From positions 24,324-88,323 of the forward strand of contig CAIOZA010000015.1 of the NCBI GenBank assembly GCA_903862655.1: a DNA stretch of 64,000 nt, given 5' to 3'. Source of the stretch: an uncultured Ignavibacteria bacterium (lineage in GTDB: Bacteria > Bacteroidota > Ignavibacteria > Kapaibacteriales > UBA2268). The position numbers were made by a program, and so were the translations under genes. Below the pieces are notes generated by a model. That model did no database searches, was not told where the DNA came from, and saw only the letters and a list, made by a program, of their open reading frames with translations. This document shows, piece by piece, positions 29,012-38,991 of the stretch; position 1 is the first letter of the stretch, and every line of letters begins with the position of its first letter.

Positions 29012-30706
29012 ATGCCCGAAAAAAAAGATTTTAAATATTATATTCTGATTATTATTGTTGCGTCGCTCCTGTTTATCCCAAACATAGGTAATGTGCATCT
29101 GTTCGATTGGGATGAGATCAACTTTGCTGAAGCAGCGCGGGAGATGATTGTCACGGGCGACTATCTTACTGTAAGAATCGATTATCAGCCGTTCAGCGAG
29201 AAACCTCCTCTCTTCATCTGGTTTCAGGCGATATCAATGAATATATTCGGAGTGAATGAATTTGCGGCTCGACTTCCAAATGCATTGATCGGAATTGTGT
29301 CGCTTATTTTCATTTTCAATATCTCACGAAAAATCTTTGATGAGAAATTCGGACTACTTTGGGTAGTAACATATCTTGGTTCAATTCTGCCTCATTTCTA
29401 TTTTAAATCAGGTATAATCGATCCGCTATTCAATCTCTTTATATTCACAGGCGTGTATTTCATTTACAGGCATTTCTCTGATAACCCTGAGTTCTCAAAT
29501 GCAAGGAAGATTGATAAAACACTTGTTATATCAGGATTGATGATATCTCTGGCAGTTCTGACCAAAGGACCTGTCGGATTACTACTACCGGCATTATGCG
29601 TGTTAGCATTTTGGTTTCTAGGCAGAAAAAAGCTGAAGTTTCCTTTTTTGAAACTGGTAGTGTTAAGCATTATTTCGATGACTCCGTTTCTTGTTTGGAA
29701 AATAGTAGTTATTCTGTACACTGCCGACCATCAGTCATTAATTGAATTTATCCTTTATCAGATCAGGCTTTTGACAACAGCTGATGCAGGACATGGCGGA
29801 CCTTTTTATTATCATTTTGTTATACTTATGATCGGATGTTTCCCTGCCTCAATCTTTGCGTTGCGATCATTCAAGCTTCAGCTGGAAGATAATTTCAAGC
29901 AAAGCAGTTTTAAATTGTGGAATATCATTCTCTTGTCAGTAGTTTTAATAGTTTTCTCTATAGTCGAAACAAAAATTGTTCACTATTCATCACTTGCGTA
30001 TTTCCCGATAACTTTTCTGGGAGCCTATTTTGCTTATTCGCTGATTTATAGGAATAATTCATGGAAAACATCAACTAATTGGCTGATAGGAATCTTTGGG
30101 CTTATTATCGCATCATTATTTATAATTATTCCGTTCGTGTTCAAGAACGTTAGCTCAGTTCTTCCTTACATTAAAGATAAGTTAACATTGGAACTGTTAA
30201 AGACAAATGTTTACTGGTCGGGATATGAAGCTTTGGTAGGAGTTGCTTTTCTTCTTATACTGATCGATTCTATGATTCATTTCTACAAAAAACAACATTT
30301 GCAGGGTTATCTGGTTTTATTCTTCGGAACAGCAATAACGCTGTTTCTGTTCATGACTATCTTTGTGCCCAAGATCGAACCATACACTCAGGGTGCTACA
30401 GTTGAGTTTTACGAAAAGCTTAGCACGCAGAATGTTTACTTTGAAGCCGTCGGCTATAAAAGCTATGCACCTTACTTCTATGGGAAAATGAAGTTAGAGA
30501 ATTCAGATCTTACAATTGAGAGGAGATTTCATCAAAAGAGAAGTGATTGGATATTGACAGGAGTAATAGATAAACCTGCATACTTTTCAGCTAAAATTAC
30601 AAGTGTTGACGGAATCAAAAAGGATTATCCCGATTTGATTGAACTTTACCGCAAGAATGGATTTGTCTTTTTTATAAGAATGCCAATAACGGCTATTGCT
30701 AATTAA
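29012..30706 (+). CDS. ArnT/PMT-family (GT-C) membrane glycosyltransferase
   Basis: LFDWDEINFAEAAREM, EKPPLFIW, EFAARLP and LTKGPVG; many TM helices. Confidence 0.88.
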   Translation: MPEKKDFKYYILIIIVASLLFIPNIGNVHLFDWDEINFAEAAREMIVTGDYLTVRIDYQPFSEKPPLFIWFQAISMNIFGVNEFAARLPNALIGIVSLIFIFNISRKIFDEKFGLLWVVTYLGSILPHFYFKSGIIDPLFNLFIFTGVYFIYRHFSDNPEFSNARKIDKTLVISGLMISLAVLTKGPVGLLLPALCVLAFWFLGRKKLKFPFLKLVVLSIISMTPFLVWKIVVILYTADHQSLIEFILYQIRLLTTADAGHGGPFYYHFVILMIGCFPASIFALRSFKLQLEDNFKQSSFKLWNIILLSVVLIVFSIVETKIVHYSSLAYFPITFLGAYFAYSLIYRNNSWKTSTNWLIGIFGLIIASLFIIIPFVFKNVSSVLPYIKDKLTLELLKTNVYWSGYEALVGVAFLLILIDSMIHFYKKQHLQGYLVLFFGTAITLFLFMTIFVPKIEPYTQGATVEFYEKLSTQNVYFEAVGYKSYAPYFYGKMKLENSDLTIERRFHQKRSDWILTGVIDKPAYFSAKITSVDGIKKDYPDLIELYRKNGFVFFIRMPITAIAN

Positions 30707-31321
30707 TCAGAATTTGATAAAACCAGCTAAATGCTCAGCTTCAGTCAGGTGCAATATAAGATTCTCATCTATTAGCTCTTGTACGGCTAATTTTACCTTT
30801 TCCAATGCAACATTGTTATTATAAGCAAAATGCCAGATATCTGTTGGCATAGCCGAAATATTTAGCAGAAGAGACTGACCGAGAGTAAGACTATCTCTTC
30901 TCATAAATCTTTCCATTATCGAATCGACAAACATCTTTGCTTCGGCTCCATCAATATGTTCCGGTGTAAAGAAGTAATTGTCATTATCCAATAAATCGCA
31001 TATAGGAAATCCAATCGATTTATCAATCAGAACAGGAAGAAACGAGATACTTGCAAAGTATAAATCTTCCTCAGAATTTGCCCAAAGATCGTTCCAAACG
31101 GAAATATCTTCTTTCTTCAACCATTCGAAAAATTTTATTTCTCTTTCAGGAAACTTAATCAAGAATTTTCCATTGAAAAGCTCCGCAATTTGATGTGCTG
31201 TTTGATTATCTATTGATAGATAAATATCTTCGGGTATTGTTAAATACTTATTGTTCGAATCCTGATTGGTAAACCAGTTAATAGCTTCTTCAGGAGTAAT
31301 TTTTGTGCCGATTGCTGCCAT
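30707..31321 (-). CDS. Hypothetical protein
   Basis: 204-aa ORF with natural composition, co-oriented downstream of rpmG. Confidence 0.7.
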   Translation of the reverse strand: MAAIGTKITPEEAINWFTNQDSNNKYLTIPEDIYLSIDNQTAHQIAELFNGKFLIKFPEREIKFFEWLKKEDISVWNDLWANSEEDLYFASISFLPVLIDKSIGFPICDLLDNDNYFFTPEHIDGAEAKMFVDSIMERFMRRDSLTLGQSLLLNISAMPTDIWHFAYNNNVALEKVKLAVQELIDENLILHLTEAEHLAGFIKF

Positions 31322-31375
31322 ATTATTTTAATTATTGACTAATTTAGGGGTATTTTATTTAACTATTAAAATATG

Positions 31376-31407
31376 AAAAACCCTCAGCTGGTTCACAGCC
31401 GAGGGTT
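31376..31407 (-). terminator. Intrinsic terminator of rpmG
   Basis: AACCCTC(A/G)GCTG...CAGCCGAGGGTT stem followed by TTTTT on the minus strand. Confidence 0.75.
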
Positions 31408-31430
31408 AGTAACAACTTAAACAAAGAAAA

Positions 31431-31610
31431 TTATCTAACTTCTTTGTGAACAGTATGGCGACGCAGGAAAGGATTGTATTTTTTAATCTCAATTCTTTCT
31501 GTTGTATTGTTCTTGTTCTTCTGTGTCGTATAGCGTGATGCAGGCTTGCCTTCTTTTCTGGCTTCTGTACACTCTATTGTGATATTAATTCTGGTTTCTT
31601 TCTTTGCCAT
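31431..31610 (-). CDS. rpmG: 50S ribosomal protein L33 (form without a zinc ribbon)
   Basis: Below the ORF-track cutoff. Hand translation: [59 protein letters not shown]. Confidence 0.96.
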   Translation of the reverse strand: MAKKETRINITIECTEARKEGKPASRYTTQKNKNNTTERIEIKKYNPFLRRHTVHKEVR

Positions 31611-31890
31611 TGTTCAATTCCTTGATTGATATTTTTTAAGGACTTCAAAAATAAGACTTTTAATCAAAATAAAAAAATAAAAGATTGCTTTTTGTTCAAA
31701 TTTTGCAATATTTTTTTTGAATGACTGTAAAATGTTACTAGCAACACAATAATTACAGAAAATTAATATTTATTAAGATTAATGTAACAAATTAACATGT
31801 TCTGTGTATATAGCGTATTAACTATTTGTTAATATAAAATTTAATGTGTAAAATAACATTTTTCAAACACTTATTTACTAAAGGAAAAAG

Positions 31891-32361
31891 ATGAGTACTC
31901 CAACAAATCTCCCAGTCGAAACAGAACAATCAAGCCTTCTAGCTAATCTCACACTCCAACTGGAAAAATTTTGCCAGGTTAAAGAGTATTTCTTTGCTCA
32001 CAAATTCAACCTTACACCTGCTGAATTCCGTTGCCTTCGTTTGATTAGAGAAAATGATTTAATTAACACAAAAGAACTAGCCAGATTGATGAAGCTGACT
32101 CCAGGCAGAATTACACATCTGCTTAATGCTCTCGAAAGAAAAAATCTTATCGATAGAGCTATCGATAAAAGAGACAGACGTTCAATTCAGGTTTCTTTGA
32201 CCGAACATAGCGGTGAGTTTATTGCTAAAATTATTTCGGAATACCAGAAACTTCACGAAGGAATTTTAAATAATTTACCGGCTGACAAACGTGATGAAAT
32301 CATGAGTAACTTGAATATTTTCTTCATTGCACTCAGAGATTGGGCAGGCGAAAAAATATAG
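31891..32361 (+). CDS. MarR family transcriptional regulator
   Basis: LTPAEFRCL, KELARLMKLTPGRITHLLNALERKNLI and DKRDRRSIQVSLT. Confidence 0.92.
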   Translation: MSTPTNLPVETEQSSLLANLTLQLEKFCQVKEYFFAHKFNLTPAEFRCLRLIRENDLINTKELARLMKLTPGRITHLLNALERKNLIDRAIDKRDRRSIQVSLTEHSGEFIAKIISEYQKLHEGILNNLPADKRDEIMSNLNIFFIALRDWAGEKI

Positions 32362-32396
32362 TATTTCTCTCACAAGCACATTTAAAGGTTTTCATT

Positions 32397-33431
32397 ATGT
32401 CAGTAAAAATATTTTCTACAGGTTTTAAACTTCGATTAATGCTTGCTCTAATAGCGTTTGTCATAGTATCATGTTCAGATAAAACAACAAATCCTCCGGC
32501 ACAAACAGAATCTGACATTCTGGCACCTTATCTGGAGTCCTTTGTTGTAGTAGCACCTTATCTTAACACACTGCCTAACTATGTAGCTCCTACTGATATA
32601 AGAACAAAAGTTCAGGGTGGAGATGCAACCTGGTCAGTTATTGATATCCGTTCATCAGCACTCTTTGCAGAAGGGCACATTAAATCGGCTATCAATGTTA
32701 ACTTTAGCGACTTGTTGAATTTTTACGGCGGAAATGGACTGAAAAGCAAAGTAAAAGTTATTTTGGTCTGCGAAACCGGTCAAACTTCAGGCTATGCAGT
32801 TTCCTTGCTAAGGATAGCAGGAGCAACCAATGTCTATTCTCTTAAGTTTGGTATGTCCTCATGGAATTCAAGCTGTGATGTGTGGTCAGCTAATGTTGGT
32901 AACGACTACGAAAGTAGTTTTGTGAAAACTGACGATCTCAAGCCTTCTTCTACTTTTAATTTGCCGACGATTACAACCGGCAAGACAACAGCTTCAGAAA
33001 TTGCTAAAGCCAGAGTAGAAGATTTATTAGCTAGAGGATTTGGGGAAGCCACAATAAGTGCTAAAACAGTATTTGATAACTTAAGTAATTACTTTATTGT
33101 CAGTTACTGGTCAAGTGCAAATTACATCGATCCGGGTCACATTCCAGGCTCTTATAACTTTCAACCTCTGGCGGCGAATAACCCTGCCAGCGATCTAATG
33201 CTGTCTACATATCTAAAGCTTCTGCCTCCGGCCAAAACTATAGTGATTTACGACTATACCGGACAGATATCTGCCTATGTCGTGGCTTATTTGAGAGTTC
33301 TTGGTTATGATGCCCGCTCGATTAATTTCGGCGGTAATGGCATGATCTATAATAAGATGATAGCTCAAAGCGGAACAGTTTCCTCTTCTTGGTCGTTAAA
33401 AGAATGTAAAGCTTATGATTTAGAAAAATAG
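32397..33431 (+). CDS. Tandem rhodanese-domain lipoprotein
   Basis: Lipobox IVSC. Domain 1 has IDIRS...GHIKSAIN and VCETGQTS; domain 2 has GHIPGS and YDYTGQIS. ATG 32397 is preferred over 32340. Confidence 0.85.
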   Translation: MSVKIFSTGFKLRLMLALIAFVIVSCSDKTTNPPAQTESDILAPYLESFVVVAPYLNTLPNYVAPTDIRTKVQGGDATWSVIDIRSSALFAEGHIKSAINVNFSDLLNFYGGNGLKSKVKVILVCETGQTSGYAVSLLRIAGATNVYSLKFGMSSWNSSCDVWSANVGNDYESSFVKTDDLKPSSTFNLPTITTGKTTASEIAKARVEDLLARGFGEATISAKTVFDNLSNYFIVSYWSSANYIDPGHIPGSYNFQPLAANNPASDLMLSTYLKLLPPAKTIVIYDYTGQISAYVVAYLRVLGYDARSINFGGNGMIYNKMIAQSGTVSSSWSLKECKAYDLEK

Positions 33432-33460
33432 AATTCTTGTATAATACTTAATGCTAAATA

Positions 33461-33494
33461 AAAGACTCCACTTCGAATTTGGAGTCTTTTTTTA
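33461..33494 (+). terminator. Intrinsic terminator of the marR-rhodanese unit
   Basis: AAAGACTCCA-loop-TGGAGTCTTT followed by a T-run. Confidence 0.8.
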
Positions 33495-33647
33495 TTATTC
33501 GGATGTCTTGAACTTCGCCGGCAAAGTTTTTCTTCCAATGATTCTATTATTCCCTTGTACATAATCTAGTAATTGAAAATTTTTCGTATCTGTTTACGTG
33601 ATTAATATCTAAATTAATCAAAAATTTAAATTATTTATTAGAAATAT

Positions 33648-34802
33648 ATGAAGTCTTACCAACTTGCAACGTTCCTGACAATTGTTCTGACAATTTACTC
33701 CGCTGTTAATTATTATATTTTTATTCGCGGATGGCAGGCTCTACCGGGCAATAATCTTATTAAATCTATATATTCTATAGTTTTTGCCGGCTTATTTTTG
33801 TCATATATTCTCAGCAGAGTGATAGAAAGATTCGGTTTAACAGAATTGTCCATAGCACTGAATTGGATTGGCTCTTTCTGGCTTGCGGCTATGCTCTACT
33901 TTATTCTTTTCCTCGTTTTAGCCGATCTGTTGAGGGTAATCAATCATTTCTTCCATTATTTCCCGTCGTTCATAACTTCCGATTGGCAAAAAACGAAGCT
34001 TATTTATCTTTGCGTTGCATTTTTCTCGACATTGATAATCATTGTGGCTGGATTCATTAATGATATGAACCCGCGTCTTAAAACGCTCGATATATCGATC
34101 GACAAGCCCTCTAAAGTAAAGAAGCTGAAAATAGTAATGGCTTCGGATATTCACATAGGAGCGATAATAAGTAATGGAAGAGTAAAAAGACTTGTTGACG
34201 AAATAAATGCACAGAATCCCGATCTTGTTCTCTTCCCGGGTGATATTCTGGATGAAGATGTGTCCCTGGTTCGCAAACGTATGTCTGGAGAGCCGATGAA
34301 AAAGATTATCTCACAACTCGGAGTTTATGCTGTCCCTGGAAATCATGAATATATTGGCGGTTTCGATAGCGCATCGAATTACATTGAATCGCTAGGAATA
34401 AAAATTTTAAGAGATAAATATCTACTGATTGGCGAATCATTCTACCTCGTGGGACGTGACGATAGAAGCAGGAATCAGTTTTCAGGTGGCAAGAGGTCAG
34501 AGCTGAGCGCTCTACTCTCAGGGGTGGATAAGAAAATGCCGATAATCATGATGGATCATCAGCCTTTCGCACTGCAGGAAGCCGTAAATGCGGGAATTGA
34601 TCTCCAACTTTCTGGTCACACGCATAACGGACAGATGTGGCCATTTAACTACATCGCAGAGAAAATCTATGAAGTCAGCTGGGGATACAAGAAAAAAGGA
34701 AATACACAATTCTATGTTTCATCGGGTTATGGCTCGTGGGGACCGCCAGTGAGGACAGGGAATTATCCGGAACTGGTAGTATTGAATGTGAATTTCAGAT
34801 GA
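33648..34802 (+). CDS. Membrane-anchored calcineurin-like metallophosphoesterase (YkuE-like)
   Basis: N-terminal TMs; SDIH, GDILD, GNHE, DHQP and SGHTHNGQ. Confidence 0.92.
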   Translation: MKSYQLATFLTIVLTIYSAVNYYIFIRGWQALPGNNLIKSIYSIVFAGLFLSYILSRVIERFGLTELSIALNWIGSFWLAAMLYFILFLVLADLLRVINHFFHYFPSFITSDWQKTKLIYLCVAFFSTLIIIVAGFINDMNPRLKTLDISIDKPSKVKKLKIVMASDIHIGAIISNGRVKRLVDEINAQNPDLVLFPGDILDEDVSLVRKRMSGEPMKKIISQLGVYAVPGNHEYIGGFDSASNYIESLGIKILRDKYLLIGESFYLVGRDDRSRNQFSGGKRSELSALLSGVDKKMPIIMMDHQPFALQEAVNAGIDLQLSGHTHNGQMWPFNYIAEKIYEVSWGYKKKGNTQFYVSSGYGSWGPPVRTGNYPELVVLNVNFR

Positions 34803-35105
34803 GGATTATTATAAGCTCAGACTAGTTATATATATAATGGCAATTTAATACTTAATAAAGTAGAATTCTTGTATTCGAAGGTAGCATCCTAAAAATGAAT
34901 CTTTTTTTGATGCAAATTTTAGAAAGTAATACAGTATACTTCATTTAGGACAGAAAATATTCTTAAAGAAAATTCTAAATTCTCCGATTACTACTATTTT
35001 ATAAATAAAGATCAGTATAATATTAATTTAATACACAGATATCGATTAAAATACAGAAATCTCCCATTCCGAAGGAAACTATTTCTTTCTTTCGGTACTA
35101 TTTTA

Positions 35106-36560
35106 TTGCTTTGCTCACTTCTAATAGCCTTATCAATTATTAATCGTTTTGAATCATATTCGATAAAGAAACTTTACGAAAAAGCCAATTCTATCGGGAT
35201 GATTACTGCCTACCATCTCGGGATTGCAATACATAGCAATAACAGAGAAAGAATAGATGAAGAGATCAGAATTTCGAAAATGAACCCTGATGTGGAGTAT
35301 CTTATTGTAACCGACACCCAAAATATGATGATAGCAGAAGCTAATCCCGATAAAGCCATCATTTTAAATTTTAAAATGAATCCCACTCAACACTTGCCTC
35401 TATCTGTTGAGGGGTCTGCTGTCCGTTTGTATATGCCTATCAAATACGACAATCTAACAGTTGGGCATCTTTATTTAGCTTTATCTGCTTCAGAATTCAT
35501 GGATAGTCTCCATACTCTAAAAATTTCTACTTATCTGATAGGGATTATATTTGTTGCTTTCTTCTTATTGGTTATTAAGTTGTTAAGTAATTATATAACA
35601 AGACCAATCAAGGAGTTCATCAAAGTTATTGATCACATATCAATTGGAAATCTCAACGAAAGAATTGAATTCTCTGCGACAGACGAATTTGGAAAGCTAA
35701 GTCAGGCATTCAATGATATGCTCGAACGACTTGAATTGGTACAGGAAGATCTCCATAATGAAATCGACGTAAGACGCATTACTGAAGATCAGCTGCGTGA
35801 CGCTCAAGAGGAGATGGCTCAGGCACTTCTCTATGAAAAAGATCTGAACCTGATGAAATCTAATTTCGTTACAACTGTTTCACATGAGTACAGGACTCCA
35901 TTGACTGTTATTATGTCCTCTACATACCTCCTTCAAAAATTTCATGAGAGGGGCATGGCTGAGGGTTTCGACAAGCAACTTCAACAGATTCAAACAGCTG
36001 TCAACAGCATGATTAAACTTTTGGATGACGTACTCGTAATCAATAGGAATGATCTTACGAGACATGCTGTGAGATTTTCAACTCTTGAAGTTATTGATTT
36101 CTGTAAAAATATTTCTCAAAGAGTCAAGGATTCAGATAAACATCATCATACTTTCGAATTTTTAGCAGAGCAGCCAAGCCTTTATTTCAAGACCGATCCA
36201 AACTTATTGTCCGGTATAGTTAACGGGCTTCTCTCGAATGCTGTCAAATACTCACCCCCTGATACTAATATAACAATTGCTGTTATTGAAATCGGAAATT
36301 TCCTTGTGATTGAAATTAAAGATAAAGGTTTAGGAATTCCAGAGAAGGATCTGCCACACATTTATGAATCATTTTATCGGGGTTCGAACATAATATCAGC
36401 CGAAGGTAATGGGCTAGGACTAACAATCATCAAAAGATATGTCGATTTACTTCAAGGTAAAATAGTTGTTGATTCAAAGGTCGGTGAAGGCACAACAATT
36501 TCAATTCACATCCCACGCGACAATAACTTTGCCGGTAGCGAACAGATACTGCCGTTTTAA
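35106..36560 (+). CDS. Membrane HAMP sensor histidine kinase
   Basis: TM-periplasmic-TM, HAMP (DEFGKLSQAFNDM), SHEYRTPL, SNAVKYS and GNGLGL. The frame stays open upstream (YRNLPFRRKLFLSFGTILL), so the true start is probably further 5'. Confidence 0.9.
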   Translation: MLCSLLIALSIINRFESYSIKKLYEKANSIGMITAYHLGIAIHSNNRERIDEEIRISKMNPDVEYLIVTDTQNMMIAEANPDKAIILNFKMNPTQHLPLSVEGSAVRLYMPIKYDNLTVGHLYLALSASEFMDSLHTLKISTYLIGIIFVAFFLLVIKLLSNYITRPIKEFIKVIDHISIGNLNERIEFSATDEFGKLSQAFNDMLERLELVQEDLHNEIDVRRITEDQLRDAQEEMAQALLYEKDLNLMKSNFVTTVSHEYRTPLTVIMSSTYLLQKFHERGMAEGFDKQLQQIQTAVNSMIKLLDDVLVINRNDLTRHAVRFSTLEVIDFCKNISQRVKDSDKHHHTFEFLAEQPSLYFKTDPNLLSGIVNGLLSNAVKYSPPDTNITIAVIEIGNFLVIEIKDKGLGIPEKDLPHIYESFYRGSNIISAEGNGLGLTIIKRYVDLLQGKIVVDSKVGEGTTISIHIPRDNNFAGSEQILPF

Positions 36561-36590
36561 ATAAAATACAAAGAGTTAAAAATATTCTGT

Positions 36591-36804
36591 AGACAAGTAA
36601 GGATGCTTGTCCTATTTGTGTTGGGTAGGCTAAACATCCTTGATTGACCATTGTTTTCAATTAATCCCAATAGAATAAACGCAATTCCAAAACCGTATTC
36701 TAAATTCGATGGAATTAAGAATACTGAATATAATATTTTGCGGACAATCAGGGATGCATGTCCTACGGTGTATCGGGTAGGTCAATCATCCTTGATTGAG
36801 CATT
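36591..36804. repeat. Two tandem degenerate GTAG-type REP doublets
   Basis: 36591-36652 and 36742-36804 share GACAA...GGATGC.TGTCCTA...GGGTAGG...CATCCTTGATTGA.CATT. Each unit is an inverted pair with CTAC/GTAG-like inner ends. Confidence 0.7.
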
Positions 36805-36807
36805 CTA

Positions 36808-37659
36808 TTAAATATCTTCTAAGCTTGTAATCCATGAATTACCTTTAACAACAGAATCATCGGGAATCTTTATTCTGCCAAGAATCGTTGCATTAGCATA
36901 GATTACAACATTGTTGCCAATCTCGGGATGGCGTGGCAGTCCTTTGATTGGTTGTCCGTTCTCATCGAGCGGAAATTTTTTTGCACCCAGAGTAACTCCC
37001 TGGTAAAGCCTGACATTTTTGCCTATTATACAAGTTTCGCCTATAACTACACCTGTTCCATGGTCGATGAAGAATGACTCTCCTATCGATGCTCCGGGGT
37101 GGATATCAATACCTGTGAGCGAATGTGCTATTTCGTTTATCATTCTCGGAATTATCGGAACATCAAGAAGCGATAGTTCGTGAGCAATCCTGTGATAAGT
37201 CAAAGCAATTATGCCGGGATAGCAGTAAAGAACCTCTTCGTAATTCTTAGCAGCCGGATCGCCGTTGAAAGCTGCTGCAATGTCGCTAATTATGAGCTTC
37301 TTTAGTTTAGGAATCTCATTCAAGAATCCATTACATATATCCTTCGATGTAGTTTCACATTCCCTGCACTTAGGCTCTCTTTCTAAGCAGCTGAAGCAGA
37401 ATCCGCGCTTAATCTGCTCGGAAAGCAAGCGTTGGATTATATCAAGATTTGCACCGATGTAATATTGAATTGAATGAGGGTTTATCTCAGTATAACCCCA
37501 AAAACCCGGAAACAGAACTTTCTTGATACTTGTAATTATTTCATTAAGGATATTAATATCCGGCATTGGCTTGTCGCTTGCTGATCTCCTGTTCAGAAAA
37601 GGATGTTCCTCAGTTTGGCTTAGTTCTTCAACTAATCTGTCGAATTCATTTTTTAACAT
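36808..37659 (-). CDS. cysE: Serine O-acetyltransferase
   Basis: GDPAA, YPG...HRIAHEL, TGIDIHPGASIG.SFFIDHGTGVVIGET, YQGVTLGA and RHP. Confidence 0.93.
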   Translation of the reverse strand: MLKNEFDRLVEELSQTEEHPFLNRRSASDKPMPDINILNEIITSIKKVLFPGFWGYTEINPHSIQYYIGANLDIIQRLLSEQIKRGFCFSCLEREPKCRECETTSKDICNGFLNEIPKLKKLIISDIAAAFNGDPAAKNYEEVLYCYPGIIALTYHRIAHELSLLDVPIIPRMINEIAHSLTGIDIHPGASIGESFFIDHGTGVVIGETCIIGKNVRLYQGVTLGAKKFPLDENGQPIKGLPRHPEIGNNVVIYANATILGRIKIPDDSVVKGNSWITSLEDI

Positions 37660-37667
37660 TGTTAATC

Positions 37668-38600
37668 CTATACTTCAATATCGGCAAATAAATCAGTGCT
37701 CAGGTATCTCTCTGCCGTATCGGGCAAAACACAAACGATTAGCTTGCCTGCGTTTTCGCTTCTGTTTGCTACTTGAATTGCAGCATGAAGCACAGCACCG
37801 CATGATATTCCAATAAGCAGTCCTTCCTCGCAGATTGCTCTCTTTGCTGTCTGAATGGCTTCGACAGATGATACGGGGATAATCTCATCTATGATTCCTG
37901 TATTAAGAATATCAGGAACAAAACCTGCACCGATCCCCTGAATTTTATGCGGTGAATGTGTACCGCCAGCAAGTATCTGTGATTCAAATGGCTCGACTGC
38001 GATAGATTTAATGGATGGTTTCCTTGCTTTGAGAACTTCGGATACGCCGGTGATTGTGCCTCCTGTGCCAACACCGGCAATGAATATATCTATTTTCCCA
38101 TCAGTATCATTCCAGATTTCTTCTGCCGTAGTTTTACGATGAATCTCAGGATTGGAAAGATTCTTGAACTGCTGAGGTATAAACGAACTATCGAACGTGG
38201 CTGCCAGCTCAATAGCCTTATTAATGGCTCCTGTCATACCTAGAGATGCCGGAGTCAGAACTATTTCTGCACCGAAGCGTCTGATAACTTTGCGACGTTC
38301 GATGCTCATACTCTCAGGCATGGTGCAGATAAGTCTGTAACCTTTTACTGCACAGGTGAAAGCCAAGCCAATGCCTGTGTTGCCGCTTGTTGGCTCGATA
38401 ATGACGGTTCCCGGTTTGACCAGTCCCTGCGTTTCTGCATCGGAGACCATTGCCCATGCGATCCTGTCCTTGATTGAACTGCATGGATTGAACATTTCCA
38501 GCTTTGCTACAAGTTCAGCCGGAGCTCCCTTTGTAAGTTTGTTGATTTTGACCAAAGGCGTGTTGCCGATAAGGTCTCCTATATTTTGATGAATGCGCAT
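37668..38600 (-). CDS. cysK: Cysteine synthase A
   Basis: [53 protein letters not shown] and ERYLST. ATG 38600 with GGAG RBS is preferred over 38669. Confidence 0.96.
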   Translation of the reverse strand: MRIHQNIGDLIGNTPLVKINKLTKGAPAELVAKLEMFNPCSSIKDRIAWAMVSDAETQGLVKPGTVIIEPTSGNTGIGLAFTCAVKGYRLICTMPESMSIERRKVIRRFGAEIVLTPASLGMTGAINKAIELAATFDSSFIPQQFKNLSNPEIHRKTTAEEIWNDTDGKIDIFIAGVGTGGTITGVSEVLKARKPSIKSIAVEPFESQILAGGTHSPHKIQGIGAGFVPDILNTGIIDEIIPVSSVEAIQTAKRAICEEGLLIGISCGAVLHAAIQVANRSENAGKLIVCVLPDTAERYLSTDLFADIEV

Positions 38601-38991
38601 AGCATCTCCTATTTTTAAATTAAATAACCGCTTTGAATAAAAGTAACAAAAAAAACGCACCTCTGACAAGTCAAAGGAGCGTAAAATGTATAAAGTCTAA
38701 TTAAATGAAAGTTACAATTGTTCTTTATCTCAACCGGTTAATTTCTAAAACGATGCAAGTATATTCTTTATTGTTTTTATAAATAAATTGGTGTAAATTG
38801 TATTTTTTCGGCAAAACGGACAAATTAGTGAATAGCCGGAATAGAGCACCAAAAGGAACGCTACAGACTATTTTCAAAATCCGTGAGACGTTTTGCGTTT
38901 TTCTGTGTCATTATATAATAAGATGTGACAATTTTAGAAAAAGTTTTATGAATCCGAAAAAATATTTAAACAAAATATATTGGATAGAATT

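Noticed and set aside
32397-33431. Selenocysteine in the second rhodanese active site
   Set aside because: The codon is GAC (Asp), not TGA, and no recoding signal was seen.
36591-36804. Mini CRISPR array
   Set aside because: Only two degenerate ~62-nt units with internal inverted structure and a ~90-nt spacer, and no cas genes.
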